Shown here in pieces: positions 48,314-55,862 of a stretch of 64,000 nt of DNA. Numbering within the stretch: position 1 is the first letter of the stretch; every line of letters begins with the position of its first letter. A program made the position numbers and the translations under genes. The notes under the pieces are model-generated. The model was not told the DNA's origin and ran no database searches. It was given only the letters and a program-made list of their open reading frames with translations. Source of the DNA: a virus (Duplodnaviria > Heunggongvirae > Uroviricota > Caudoviricetes); the IMG/VR virus record IMGVR_UViG_3300000553_000015, one strand, 5' to 3'.

Positions 48314-48532
48314 ATGTATATTGATGAAGAATTATATACATTTCATATTGTCTTAACGGATGAAGATTTTAAGAAACGTAAAGAAATGTATAAATGGTGT
48401 GAAGAACAATGGGGTAAACCACAAAACTTGAATAAATCCAGTAGTTGGATTTATACTAGCACCAATTACGGTAATGTATTTAAATTTAAAAATGAAGCAG
48501 ACCGTAATTGGTTTATATTGAGGTTTTCATGA
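48314..48532 (+). CDS. WFxLRW-family small protein, member 17 (72 aa)
   Basis: …KWCEEQWGKP…DRNWFILRFS*. Confidence 0.55.
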   Translation: MYIDEELYTFHIVLTDEDFKKRKEMYKWCEEQWGKPQNLNKSSSWIYTSTNYGNVFKFKNEADRNWFILRFS

Positions 48533-48747
48533 AAACAATACGAATAGTTTCATATCCAGAACTTCGAAAATTATTTAGTAATCACTTCTCTAGTAGAATT
48601 GGAAATACATCCAGAGAAGGTGGCGAGATGTTTTTACATAGTATTGGATACAAGTCGGCAAAATGGGTGCCTGGGACATATCAATATTCATTAAGTGATG
48701 CAGATTATACTTGGTTTATTTTAAGGTGGGGACATGAAAAAGATTAG
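48529..48747 (+). CDS. WFxLRW-family small protein, member 18 (72 aa)
   Basis: ATGA-coupled; …DYTWFILRWGHEKD. Confidence 0.5.
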   Translation: MKTIRIVSYPELRKLFSNHFSSRIGNTSREGGEMFLHSIGYKSAKWVPGTYQYSLSDADYTWFILRWGHEKD

Positions 48748-48961
48748 AAAGAATTATATAACTGTTCCAGGGTGGTTGAACTTTTACCAAGAGACTGTTC
48801 TTAAGAGTAAGAGTTTAGTTGGATTATTACATGTTGATAGAATTGCTAGAATTGATAATATCAATAAAGAGTTAGAACCATTTCACGCAACATTAGAAAA
48901 AACATATCTTACATTTGAAAGTGAAGCGCATTATAATTGGTTTGTATTGAGGTGGTCATGA
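48734..48961 (+). CDS. WFxLRW-family small protein, member 19 (75 aa)
   Basis: …HYNWFVLRWS*. Confidence 0.55.
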   Translation: MKKIRKNYITVPGWLNFYQETVLKSKSLVGLLHVDRIARIDNINKELEPFHATLEKTYLTFESEAHYNWFVLRWS

Positions 48962-49215
48962 AAGAATATACGTTTCACAGATTTTCTTTTTTAGATAGAG
49001 AGTATGAATATGGGCTTATTTTTTCATTGTGTGATATCTATAGCATTAATTGGTATGATTTATATCAACCAGGTTCTGGTTGGCATGAAACCTATTTGCC
49101 ACCAATTCATGACTGGTGTCATAATTTTGGAAGAGACCGTGTGCTCGTAGCAGGAACTCATTTTCATTTTAAAAATAGAGAAGATATGAATTGGTTTTTA
49201 TTGAGATGGGGATGA
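48958..49215 (+). CDS. WFxLRW-family small protein, member 20 (85 aa)
   Basis: ATGA-coupled; …DWCHNFGRDRVL…DMNWFLLRWG*. Confidence 0.55.
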   Translation: MKEYTFHRFSFLDREYEYGLIFSLCDIYSINWYDLYQPGSGWHETYLPPIHDWCHNFGRDRVLVAGTHFHFKNREDMNWFLLRWG

Positions 49216-49388
49216 AGTATAATTATTGGATTAAACATTGCTGTTTGTCGTCTATTGTCAAAGAACAAGCAGCGTGGATGAAATCATCATTTGGTAATCG
49301 TGGTACACGTTGGACACACAAATCTGGCGTATTTTGGTTTGAAAATGAAGAAGATCGTAATTGGTTCTTAATGAGGTGGAGTAAATGA
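49212..49388 (+). CDS. WFxLRW-family small protein, member 21 (58 aa)
   Basis: ATGA-coupled; …SSFGNRGTRW…DRNWFLMRWSK*. Confidence 0.5.
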   Translation: MKYNYWIKHCCLSSIVKEQAAWMKSSFGNRGTRWTHKSGVFWFENEEDRNWFLMRWSK

Positions 49389-49678
49389 AGATAGTAAAGT
49401 TAGATAGAAGAAATAGGGCATTTAAGCATGGATTTACCCACGCTGTAAGATTTGGTGCAGGTGAAGGAATTTCTAATTACATGAACATTAAAAATTATTT
49501 AGAAGAACGGTACCCACGTCCTACTAGGTATATTTGGTGCATGGCTAGTCATATTAAATATGCCGGTAAATGGGAAACTGTAGAGAGTAAAGGTCATTAC
49601 TCTAAAAGAATTTATTGGATCTGTGTTAAGAATGAAGCTTTACTTTCAATGGCATTGTTGTCAATTGAGATGAATTAA
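49385..49678 (+). CDS. small protein, last gene of array (97 aa; possibly degenerate family member …RIYWICVKNEALL…)
   Basis: ATGA-type overlap start. Confidence 0.45.
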   Translation: MKIVKLDRRNRAFKHGFTHAVRFGAGEGISNYMNIKNYLEERYPRPTRYIWCMASHIKYAGKWETVESKGHYSKRIYWICVKNEALLSMALLSIEMN

Positions 49679-49692
49679 TATTTTAAGCAATA

Positions 49693-49721
49693 AAAAGCCC
49701 GCTAAATGCGGGCTTTCTTTT
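49693..49721. terminator. bidirectional rho-independent terminator GCCCGC-taaat-GCGGGC plus TTTCTTTT
   Basis: Perfect 6-bp GC stem (9 with A/T extension), U-tract; A-run on other side. Confidence 0.75.
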
Positions 49722-49727
49722 GTCTGG

Positions 49728-49910
49728 CTATTTACCTTCTTCACACATTATTTTTACATCCATATCGGCATTTAAATGCTTAAATTCGTCTGATAATTTC
49801 TTACCTATGGTCTGGCATTGGTTTTCAGTTTTCAAGCCTTGTATAGTGTGTAATTCAATCTGATGATGGAACTGTGCTTTAAGTGAGGTAATCAAGATCA
49901 ATATAAACAA
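49728..49910 (-). CDS. hypothetical protein (60 aa)
   Basis: ORF. Confidence 0.35.
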   Translation of the reverse strand: MFILILITSLKAQFHHQIELHTIQGLKTENQCQTIGKKLSDEFKHLNADMDVKIMCEEGK

Positions 49911-50102
49911 CTACCAATCCTCCACACCAGATATTTCTATTTGCACTGCTGCCATTACACCGTTTACTTCTTGGTTAAACATAATACTTAATATGTTCCC
50001 AATACCACTACTACCTTCTTTAATAATTTTAAATTCCTGTACATCTGGAAATTTGTTTAATGTTTCTTGTATCTTGTTTAATTCAGTCCTGGATATTTTC
50101 AT
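49911..50102 (-). CDS. hypothetical protein (63 aa)
   Basis: ORF. Confidence 0.4.
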   Translation of the reverse strand: MKISRTELNKIQETLNKFPDVQEFKIIKEGSSGIGNILSIMFNQEVNGVMAAVQIEISGVEDW

Positions 50103-50388
50103 TTGTTATTCTCTTGTTTAATTTATAAATCTTATTTAATATTTCTACTACATCATCTTCATTTAAATTACCAATAACATCATCTGCTATTGATGTGGTA
50201 TAGCATAACTCCCATCCGGCATCACTAAATATCAACACACCTAGTTCAAATAATCCTTCATCACCACCATATGTTGTTGGTCCTTGGATTAATGATGCGC
50301 CGTATCCATTTGGGAATTTGAAGACTGCTTGGTTATTACCAAATATAGATTTTTTTTGTATGTATTACGTATTCATTTATGTCTATCA
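50084..50388 (-). pseudogene. candidate ~101-aa gene interrupted by +1 frameshift at an A8 (plus-strand T8, 50350-50357) homopolymer
   Basis: Frame A MIDINEYVIHTKK… stops after the A-run; frame B continues …SIFGNNQAVFKFPNGYGASLIQGPTTYGGDEGLFELGVLIFSDAGWELCYTTSIADDVIGNLNEDDVVEILNKIYKLNKRITNENIQD*; deleting one A restores a single ORF. Confidence 0.4.
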
Positions 50389-50404
50389 TTTCTTCACCAC
50401 GCAG

Positions 50405-50424
50405 AAAAGCCCTCCGAAGAGGGT
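50405..50424 (-). terminator. stable hairpin CCCTC-UUCG-GAGGG followed by U-tract (minus strand)
   Basis: GC stem with UUCG tetraloop in AT-rich intergenic region. Confidence 0.45.
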
Positions 50425-50504
50425 ATAAAAATTAAATTATTTGAAATATTATAACACATTTTTTGTGCTATTACAAGAAAGAAACGACGTAAATTAGTTT
50501 TTTA

Positions 50505-50567
50505 TATAAATAAATACATCGATTGAGAAAATCGGTTGCTTATCGCGGAACGGCAAATTCCCATAAG
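50505..50567 (+). promoter_or_regulatory. conserved homing-endonuclease leader: TATAAATA late promoter box plus stem-loop CTTAT-cgcGGAA-N7-TTCCc-ATAAG
   Basis: tataaata 50505-12; ATCGCGGAA…TTCCCAT shared with leader at 54702. Confidence 0.5.
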
Positions 50568-50603
50568 CATTAATCATTCTAACAATTATTTAAGGAAACA
50601 ATT

Positions 50604-51569
50604 ATGACCAACAAACTTATTTATGTCCCGTATACATATTGCATAACATTTCTAATAACCGGCCAACGTTATTACGGATGTAGGTATGCAAATAGTAGAA
50701 AAAATGTGGCAAATCCAACTGAGTTTTGGGTGACATATTTTACATCATCAAAAGAAATAAAAAATCTAATTGCTCTACATGGCAAGGAATTATTTTCTGT
50801 TCAAATACGAAAAATATTTAAAACTAGAAAAGATACAGTCGCTTGGGAACATAAGTTCTTAACAAGAATTAATGCAGCGAAAAGTCCATATTGGCTTAAT
50901 AAAAATAACGGTGGTAATAAATTTCATGCTACTGAAGATTCTATTGCAAAAACTGCAATAACTAGAAAGGCTAAATGTTTGTATGAAAAAACATTAATTG
51001 CAGAAAAGAAAAAAGCTACAGAAGCAGCTAGAAGTGCAGAAGAAAACTATACAATTAAAGAAAAGCAACGACTAGCAAAAACTTCAAGAACCCCAGCAGA
51101 AAGATTATTGGTCAATGCAAAGAAAAAAGCTACAGAAGATGCAAAATCTCCAGAGGAAAAATTAGCAACGAAAGAAAAACAAAGATTAGCTAAAATTAAT
51201 AGAACATCAGAAGAAAAATTGGAAACTAAACAAAAAGAATGGAAAACAAAGAATGCTAGGTCACCTGAAGAAAAACAAACTCAAATAGAAAAACAAAAAA
51301 CAACACTTAAAGCAACCATCGAGGCAAAACCGTTAGAAGAAAAATTAGATATTATAGCAAAGCGCAAAGCTACATTTGATGCTAAAACACCAGAAGAAAA
51401 ATTAGTAATAACACTAAAACTAAAAAATTCTCATGCTGCTAGAACTCCTGAACAGGAGAATGAACGAAAACGGAAAGAAAAACAAACAAAAAGTGGTAGG
51501 ACCGCCGAACAAAAACTGCAGTCAAGATTAAAATATAAAGAAACTTATAATCGCAATCATCCAAAATAA
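50604..51569 (+). CDS. GIY-YIG-like homing endonuclease with long array of K/E-rich (S/T)PEEK repeat modules
   Basis: YVPYTYCITFLITGQRYYGCRY (xxY-N10-YYG-R); at least 8 repeats of …K(T/S)(P/A)EEKL…. Confidence 0.5.
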   Translation: MTNKLIYVPYTYCITFLITGQRYYGCRYANSRKNVANPTEFWVTYFTSSKEIKNLIALHGKELFSVQIRKIFKTRKDTVAWEHKFLTRINAAKSPYWLNKNNGGNKFHATEDSIAKTAITRKAKCLYEKTLIAEKKKATEAARSAEENYTIKEKQRLAKTSRTPAERLLVNAKKKATEDAKSPEEKLATKEKQRLAKINRTSEEKLETKQKEWKTKNARSPEEKQTQIEKQKTTLKATIEAKPLEEKLDIIAKRKATFDAKTPEEKLVITLKLKNSHAARTPEQENERKRKEKQTKSGRTAEQKLQSRLKYKETYNRNHPK

Positions 51570-51581
51570 TTTTTTGATAGT

Positions 51582-51608
51582 ACATCCAGACGGTAACCGT
51601 CTGGATGT
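51582..51608. terminator. 12-bp perfect hairpin ACATCCAGACGG-taa-CCGTCTGGATGT (terminator or processing site candidate)
   Basis: Between convergent genes; no clean U-tract. Confidence 0.4.
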
Positions 51609-51616
51609 AGTTAAAC

Positions 51617-52471
51617 CTATTTTGAAGACATATTTATAAATGGTGTTGTCGAACCCATCATATATTGTGGTAAAACCCCGTTCCATTTTTCTACTGCTGA
51701 TAATTCTACCAATTTTGGATTAGCTGATAGAGCATCACCTTTTATTTTAATAGCTTTGGCTTCCGCTTCTGCTAAAAGCAATTTTGAATTTGCTTCCCCT
51801 CTAGCGGTTTGCTCTAATTTATCGGCCTCTGCTTTCGACTGGGCAACCTCATTTTCTCTTTGTGCTGTCTTCTGTGTGGCTTCAATTTTTGCATTTATCG
51901 AAGAAATAACACTTTGTGGCAATCTTAACTCACCAATTAAATAAATCTTCTCTACAATTATACCAAGTGGTTCTGTTTGTGATATAACCCGGTGTTGGAC
52001 AGCAGCTATAAAATCAGTTTTTCCTCTACCATAAATACTTTCCATTGACCTAGAAGATGCTTCTGCTACTAATGCATCACGCACCATGCTTCTCATGTAT
52101 ATAGAAGTAATTTCATCTATACCTTTTCTATATTTTTGAAAGATTAGAGATACCCGCTTTGGATCTATACTATAAGATATACCAATGTCGGTGTTAACAG
52201 AAAGCCCTTCTTCAGTATTAAAGGTCACACTGTCATCGTTTGGACTTCCTTCATTACTATCTTTTGTCCAAACTTGGTTCTGTGAAAATACCGGAAATGT
52301 ATATAATTTTTCATTAATACCAATCCAATATCGACCGGTCCCTAACTCTTGTAGATCTACCCCTTTTTCAGAACCAAGAAGATTTACCTTAATACCAACG
52401 TATCCAGACGGAACATCACTGCAACCGGTTATTAAAAATGCAAATGCTAATACTGCTAAAATTTTCTTCAT
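51617..52471 (-). CDS. SPFH/band-7 (HflC/K-stomatin-like) domain lipoprotein
   Basis: Lipobox MKKILAVLAFAFLITGC; SPFH core …VTFNTEEGLSVNTDIGISYSI…; coiled-coil C-term …AQRENEVAQSKAEADKLEQTARGEANSKLLLAEAEA…. Confidence 0.6.
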   Translation of the reverse strand: MKKILAVLAFAFLITGCSDVPSGYVGIKVNLLGSEKGVDLQELGTGRYWIGINEKLYTFPVFSQNQVWTKDSNEGSPNDDSVTFNTEEGLSVNTDIGISYSIDPKRVSLIFQKYRKGIDEITSIYMRSMVRDALVAEASSRSMESIYGRGKTDFIAAVQHRVISQTEPLGIIVEKIYLIGELRLPQSVISSINAKIEATQKTAQRENEVAQSKAEADKLEQTARGEANSKLLLAEAEAKAIKIKGDALSANPKLVELSAVEKWNGVLPQYMMGSTTPFINMSSK

Positions 52472-52496
52472 GTTTTACTCTCTGTTTTGTTAAAAA

Positions 52497-52784
52497 TTAT
52501 GATAATTCATTATATTCAAAATAACTAATTAGTCTATCTATCACTTTAATAATTTGATCTGTATTTGAAAATATAAATAATGCATCATGTTTAATTTTAT
52601 GTAAATCAATTATTATATCTGTTATTTGATAGTTGTTATATAAATCGGTAGATGGAATTGAAAACTTATGAGAAATATCTTTGTAATATTTAAATAATTT
52701 ATATACCGGTTTTGCAATTTCTGGGTTCTTCAATATGTCCCAATTTATTAATTCTGGCTTAAGTATTATTTCCTTTAATTTCAT
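52497..52784 (-). CDS. hypothetical protein (95 aa); paralog of 62535..62837
   Basis: Shared C-terminus DQ(I/V)IK(V/L)IDR(L/I)ISY(F/L)EYNEL. Confidence 0.45.
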   Translation of the reverse strand: MKLKEIILKPELINWDILKNPEIAKPVYKLFKYYKDISHKFSIPSTDLYNNYQITDIIIDLHKIKHDALFIFSNTDQIIKVIDRLISYFEYNELS

Positions 52785-52980
52785 CTAAAAATTCCTTATG
52801 GTATCTCTCTGATTTTTGAATTAACTTATCTATAGTGTCTGAAAAATTGTCAATTGTTATATCAGAATTGATTTCAACCATGTTCATTGAATTATTGATT
52901 TTTTCTACAACATCTTGATTTCTAGACCACCATTCGTGGACTTCTTTGTCAATTTCTGCTTTTTCTTTGGGTGTACACAT
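52759..52980 (-). CDS. hypothetical protein (73 aa)
   Basis: ORF. Confidence 0.35.
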   Translation of the reverse strand: MCTPKEKAEIDKEVHEWWSRNQDVVEKINNSMNMVEINSDITIDNFSDTIDKLIQKSERYHKEFLDEIKGNNT

Positions 52981-53360
52981 TACACAATCTCTATTTTGTT
53001 AAAATAACTGTTTACTAAATTTTTAAACTCATGTGTTCTATCAGTATAATCTTCATATTCAATAGGCTCAAACCCAAGGCTTTCATTCTTGATTTTTTCT
53101 TCTGTATCGTATGCTTCTTTAAATTCTGGATTGAAACATTTGTATACTTTATCGCCTTCAACAACACAAAACTCAACTACATATACAATTCTAGTTTCTG
53201 TATCAAAAATCATATTTAATTCGAAGACATAGCTTGTAAAGTTTATTGCGGCATATGTATATTGATATGCTTTTGGTCCAAAACAAGACCACATAAATTT
53301 AGATCCATCACCAATTTTGTAATCAATGGTGTCTAAATATTGTTCTATCGTAAAGTCCAT
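52980..53360 (-). CDS. hypothetical protein (126 aa)
   Basis: ORF. Confidence 0.4.
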   Translation of the reverse strand: MDFTIEQYLDTIDYKIGDGSKFMWSCFGPKAYQYTYAAINFTSYVFELNMIFDTETRIVYVVEFCVVEGDKVYKCFNPEFKEAYDTEEKIKNESLGFEPIEYEDYTDRTHEFKNLVNSYFNKIEIV

Positions 53361-53551
53361 TATTGTTCCTTATCGAATGTTAAACCAATCCATTTACCCA
53401 ATAGCCATCCTTGTGGAATCAATAAAATTAAATCAACAAAACCAGTTATTACAGTAGTATCAGATGGTTGTGAAACCAACCAAGGTGCTATAAAGAATAG
53501 TTGTATAAAAATTACAACTATTGATAAAACTATTTTATAAAATGTGCTCAT
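53360..53551 (-). CDS. small 2-TM membrane protein (64 aa; start moved to ATG 53551)
   Basis: Track start 53611 places a perfect promoter inside the ORF; downstream ATG has AGGAA SD and 21-nt leader. Confidence 0.4.
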   Translation of the reverse strand: MSTFYKIVLSIVVIFIQLFFIAPWLVSQPSDTTVITGFVDLILLIPQGWLLGKWIGLTFDKEQ

Positions 53552-53578
53552 GCATGTTCCTGTGTAATTAAAGATTAT

Positions 53579-53607
53579 ATTATACTGGTTATTGTATAGT
53601 TTGTCAA
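53579..53607 (-). promoter_or_regulatory. sigma70-consensus promoter TTGACA-N17-TATAAT (minus)
   Basis: plus tgtcaa 53602-07 / attata 53579-84. Confidence 0.55.
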
Positions 53608-53867
53608 GCATATTTCCAAGGTTTTCTTACAACTCTAAGAAAATTATTTGGATGCCATCGTTCAGTAATAAAGTTAAATCTGTTCTGTGAAGCAAGCCGT
53701 TGGTGCCTATTTTCAATTTTGTTAAGTTGTTCTTTGAACAGTTCCAAGTCAAACCCAAATGGTTCAAATGGTACCTCTGGGAATGGATATTCATTTAAAA
53801 CTTGTTTGCTATCTAAGGTACCTGGTTCTCTTTCAAGGACTTCAACCCAATAAATATGATTGCTCAT
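53604..53867 (-). CDS. hypothetical protein (87 aa)
   Basis: ORF. Confidence 0.4.
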   Translation of the reverse strand: MSNHIYWVEVLEREPGTLDSKQVLNEYPFPEVPFEPFGFDLELFKEQLNKIENRHQRLASQNRFNFITERWHPNNFLRVVRKPWKYA

Positions 53868-53875
53868 TATATTCC

Positions 53876-54106
53876 TTAAAATGTATCAGAAAATCTTATA
53901 CCATCTTCATACATAAAATAACAAAATGCCTCATCTCTGCTATCATTTGGGATTATTAACGATTGCCATAGATCATAATTAAAATCCCATCTTATAAGTT
54001 GTGCTTCACACACTTCATGATCTGGTATTAGTATATGATACCAATCCCCATCTTTTTCCACATCAGCAAAAGTTGGTACTGTTAACGCTTCGATTTTCTT
54101 TGGCAT
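53876..54106 (-). CDS. hypothetical protein (76 aa)
   Basis: ORF. Confidence 0.4.
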   Translation of the reverse strand: MPKKIEALTVPTFADVEKDGDWYHILIPDHEVCEAQLIRWDFNYDLWQSLIIPNDSRDEAFCYFMYEDGIRFSDTF

Positions 54107-54117
54107 TTTTATTCCTT

Positions 54118-54621
54118 CTATTTGTTATCTACAAAAATAATATTATCAAATCCTTCCTTTTCGGTTGGAATTTCTAATTGTGCTTTCATATTAGCCATTA
54201 TTTCATCTGGTATATTCTTACCAGGTCGTGATGCTAATCGTCTAGCGTGTTCTTTATCTTCTGGTGTCATAAACATGACAGCAATTTTCTCATAGGTATC
54301 AGGAACTGCTTTAATTTTAAATGATCTTGTTTTAACACTGGTATTTGTTTGGTCCCATGATATGTTTTTATTATTATTAACTGCATCTTCTACCATGTCA
54401 TACATATTTTTAGTGGCTGGTTTAATTTGTTCTTGAAACACCTCATTATAAGTTTTATTGTGTTGAGTTGCGTATTGTTCAATATACTTGTCTGTGCTCA
54501 CAAATACAGTATTATCATGTGATAATTGCGGGAACATTTCATATAATGAATATTGGTTAAAATAGGATTTTCCACTACCTGGAATACCTACAAGCATTAT
54601 GCATAATGGTTTATCATTCAT
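54118..54621 (-). CDS. P-loop kinase (AAA_33/polynucleotide-kinase-like)
   Basis: Walker A CIMLVGIPGSGKSYF; 167 aa. Confidence 0.45.
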   Translation of the reverse strand: MNDKPLCIMLVGIPGSGKSYFNQYSLYEMFPQLSHDNTVFVSTDKYIEQYATQHNKTYNEVFQEQIKPATKNMYDMVEDAVNNNKNISWDQTNTSVKTRSFKIKAVPDTYEKIAVMFMTPEDKEHARRLASRPGKNIPDEIMANMKAQLEIPTEKEGFDNIIFVDNK

Positions 54622-54652
54622 ATTTTTAATATTTTATAGTTTATAAGAGTAT

Positions 54653-54681
54653 ATTATATTATAATGAAGTATAAATGTCAA
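54653..54681 (-). promoter_or_regulatory. sigma70-consensus promoter TTGACA-N17-TATAAT (minus)
   Basis: plus tgtcaa 54676-81 / attata 54653-58; ATG 54621. Confidence 0.6.
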
Positions 54682-54691
54682 GAAGAAAATG

Positions 54692-54731
54692 ATAAATAAG
54701 TGTAGATCGCGGAATTGGACTTCCCATCTAC
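54692..54731 (+). promoter_or_regulatory. conserved homing-endonuclease leader (ATAAATAA box plus stem-loop GTAGAT-cgcGGAA-N6-TTCCc-ATCTAC)
   Basis: Covaries with copies at 36170 and 38303. Confidence 0.5.
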
Positions 54732-54755
54732 TTTAATACTATATGGAGTATCAAC

Positions 54756-55343
54756 ATGATTATTTATCTATACCAAAAAACACATAGAAAAACCGGCCTT
54801 AAATATTTAGGAATGACAACTAAACCAGACCCATACAATTATAAAGGTTCTGGAGTTAAATGGAAATTACACATCAAAAAACATGGATATGATGTTGAAA
54901 CAATAATTCTCAAAGAATGTCAAAGCATGAGCGAAATTGAAGAATGGGGTTTATATTATAGTAATTTATGGAATGTAGTTGAAAGCACTGAATGGGCTAA
55001 TCTTAAAGAAGAAGCTGGTCATAGTGGTAAGCATTCTATTGAAACTATTAAAAAATTATCAATTGCTAATTCTGGAAAAGTTCGCACTGCAGAATACAAA
55101 CAGCATATGGCATCTGTTAAGAAAGGGCAACGTTATGGACCACAAACTGCGGAACATAAAGAAAATAATGCAGCAGTAAAACGTGGAAAACAACAACCGG
55201 CTGATGCAATTGCCCAAAGAACTAAGTCACGAGAAAATTATAAATGGTATAATAATGGACAACGTTCTTTCTTAAGCTCATCCTGTCCAGAAGAATGTGT
55301 TCCAGGACGCCTCCCATTTAATCTTAAAAAATTAAAATTATAA
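54756..55343 (+). CDS. GIY-YIG homing endonuclease with NUMOD3-like repeats (195 aa)
   Basis: MIIYLYQKTHRKTGLKYLGMTT…WKLHIKKHG; KHSIETIKKLSIANSGK / RTAEYKQHMASVKKGQ / QTAEHKENNAAVKRGK modules. Confidence 0.6.
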   Translation: MIIYLYQKTHRKTGLKYLGMTTKPDPYNYKGSGVKWKLHIKKHGYDVETIILKECQSMSEIEEWGLYYSNLWNVVESTEWANLKEEAGHSGKHSIETIKKLSIANSGKVRTAEYKQHMASVKKGQRYGPQTAEHKENNAAVKRGKQQPADAIAQRTKSRENYKWYNNGQRSFLSSSCPEECVPGRLPFNLKKLKL

Positions 55344-55395
55344 TAAACTTATATAATTCCCTAACAGTAATTATAATTACTGTTAGGTTTTCGCA

Positions 55396-55617
55396 TTAAT
55401 CAACTCCAAAATATTTTCTTAAGTCATTTTCAGTTTTATCCAAGGCTGCATCATATCCATAATCCCAATCATCTAAGAATTCGGTATCACTTTGCTGACT
55501 TGTGATAATGGATATAACATCCATTGCAATTAATTCAGCAAAGTGTTCTAATCTAAATATATTGTTATCTGCTACTAATCCAGCTTGTTGAGCTATTTCC
55601 TTAATTTTCTCTTTCAT
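55396..55617 (-). CDS. hypothetical acidic protein (73 aa)
   Basis: ORF. Confidence 0.35.
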   Translation of the reverse strand: MKEKIKEIAQQAGLVADNNIFRLEHFAELIAMDVISIITSQQSDTEFLDDWDYGYDAALDKTENDLRKYFGVD

Positions 55618-55862
55618 CTTCTCTCCGTTTAAAATGATATAACTTTTATAATATTATTGGCATTGCAAATACTACATACAAATCGTAATGAATTATTGCA
55701 GCAGCCAAGCACGTTAAAATGGTATATAATATTATGTTCATTGTAATAATAATCTTATTTTGGTAAGGGTTTCATATGCACCGATACCTATTAAAAATGC
55801 AAAGGTCAATCCAACCACTACCAATGTAATGGCAATGATTGTATCTTTTATTTTTTTCATAG

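Noticed and set aside
42347-49191. ORF-track N-terminal extensions of array genes (MVCIEV…, MVFIEV…, MVYIEV…) starting at TTG/GTG within the previous gene
   Set aside because: They are read-through of the conserved TTGAGGTGG junction in another frame. The ATGA/GTGA starts coupled to the GAGG SD are far more plausible.
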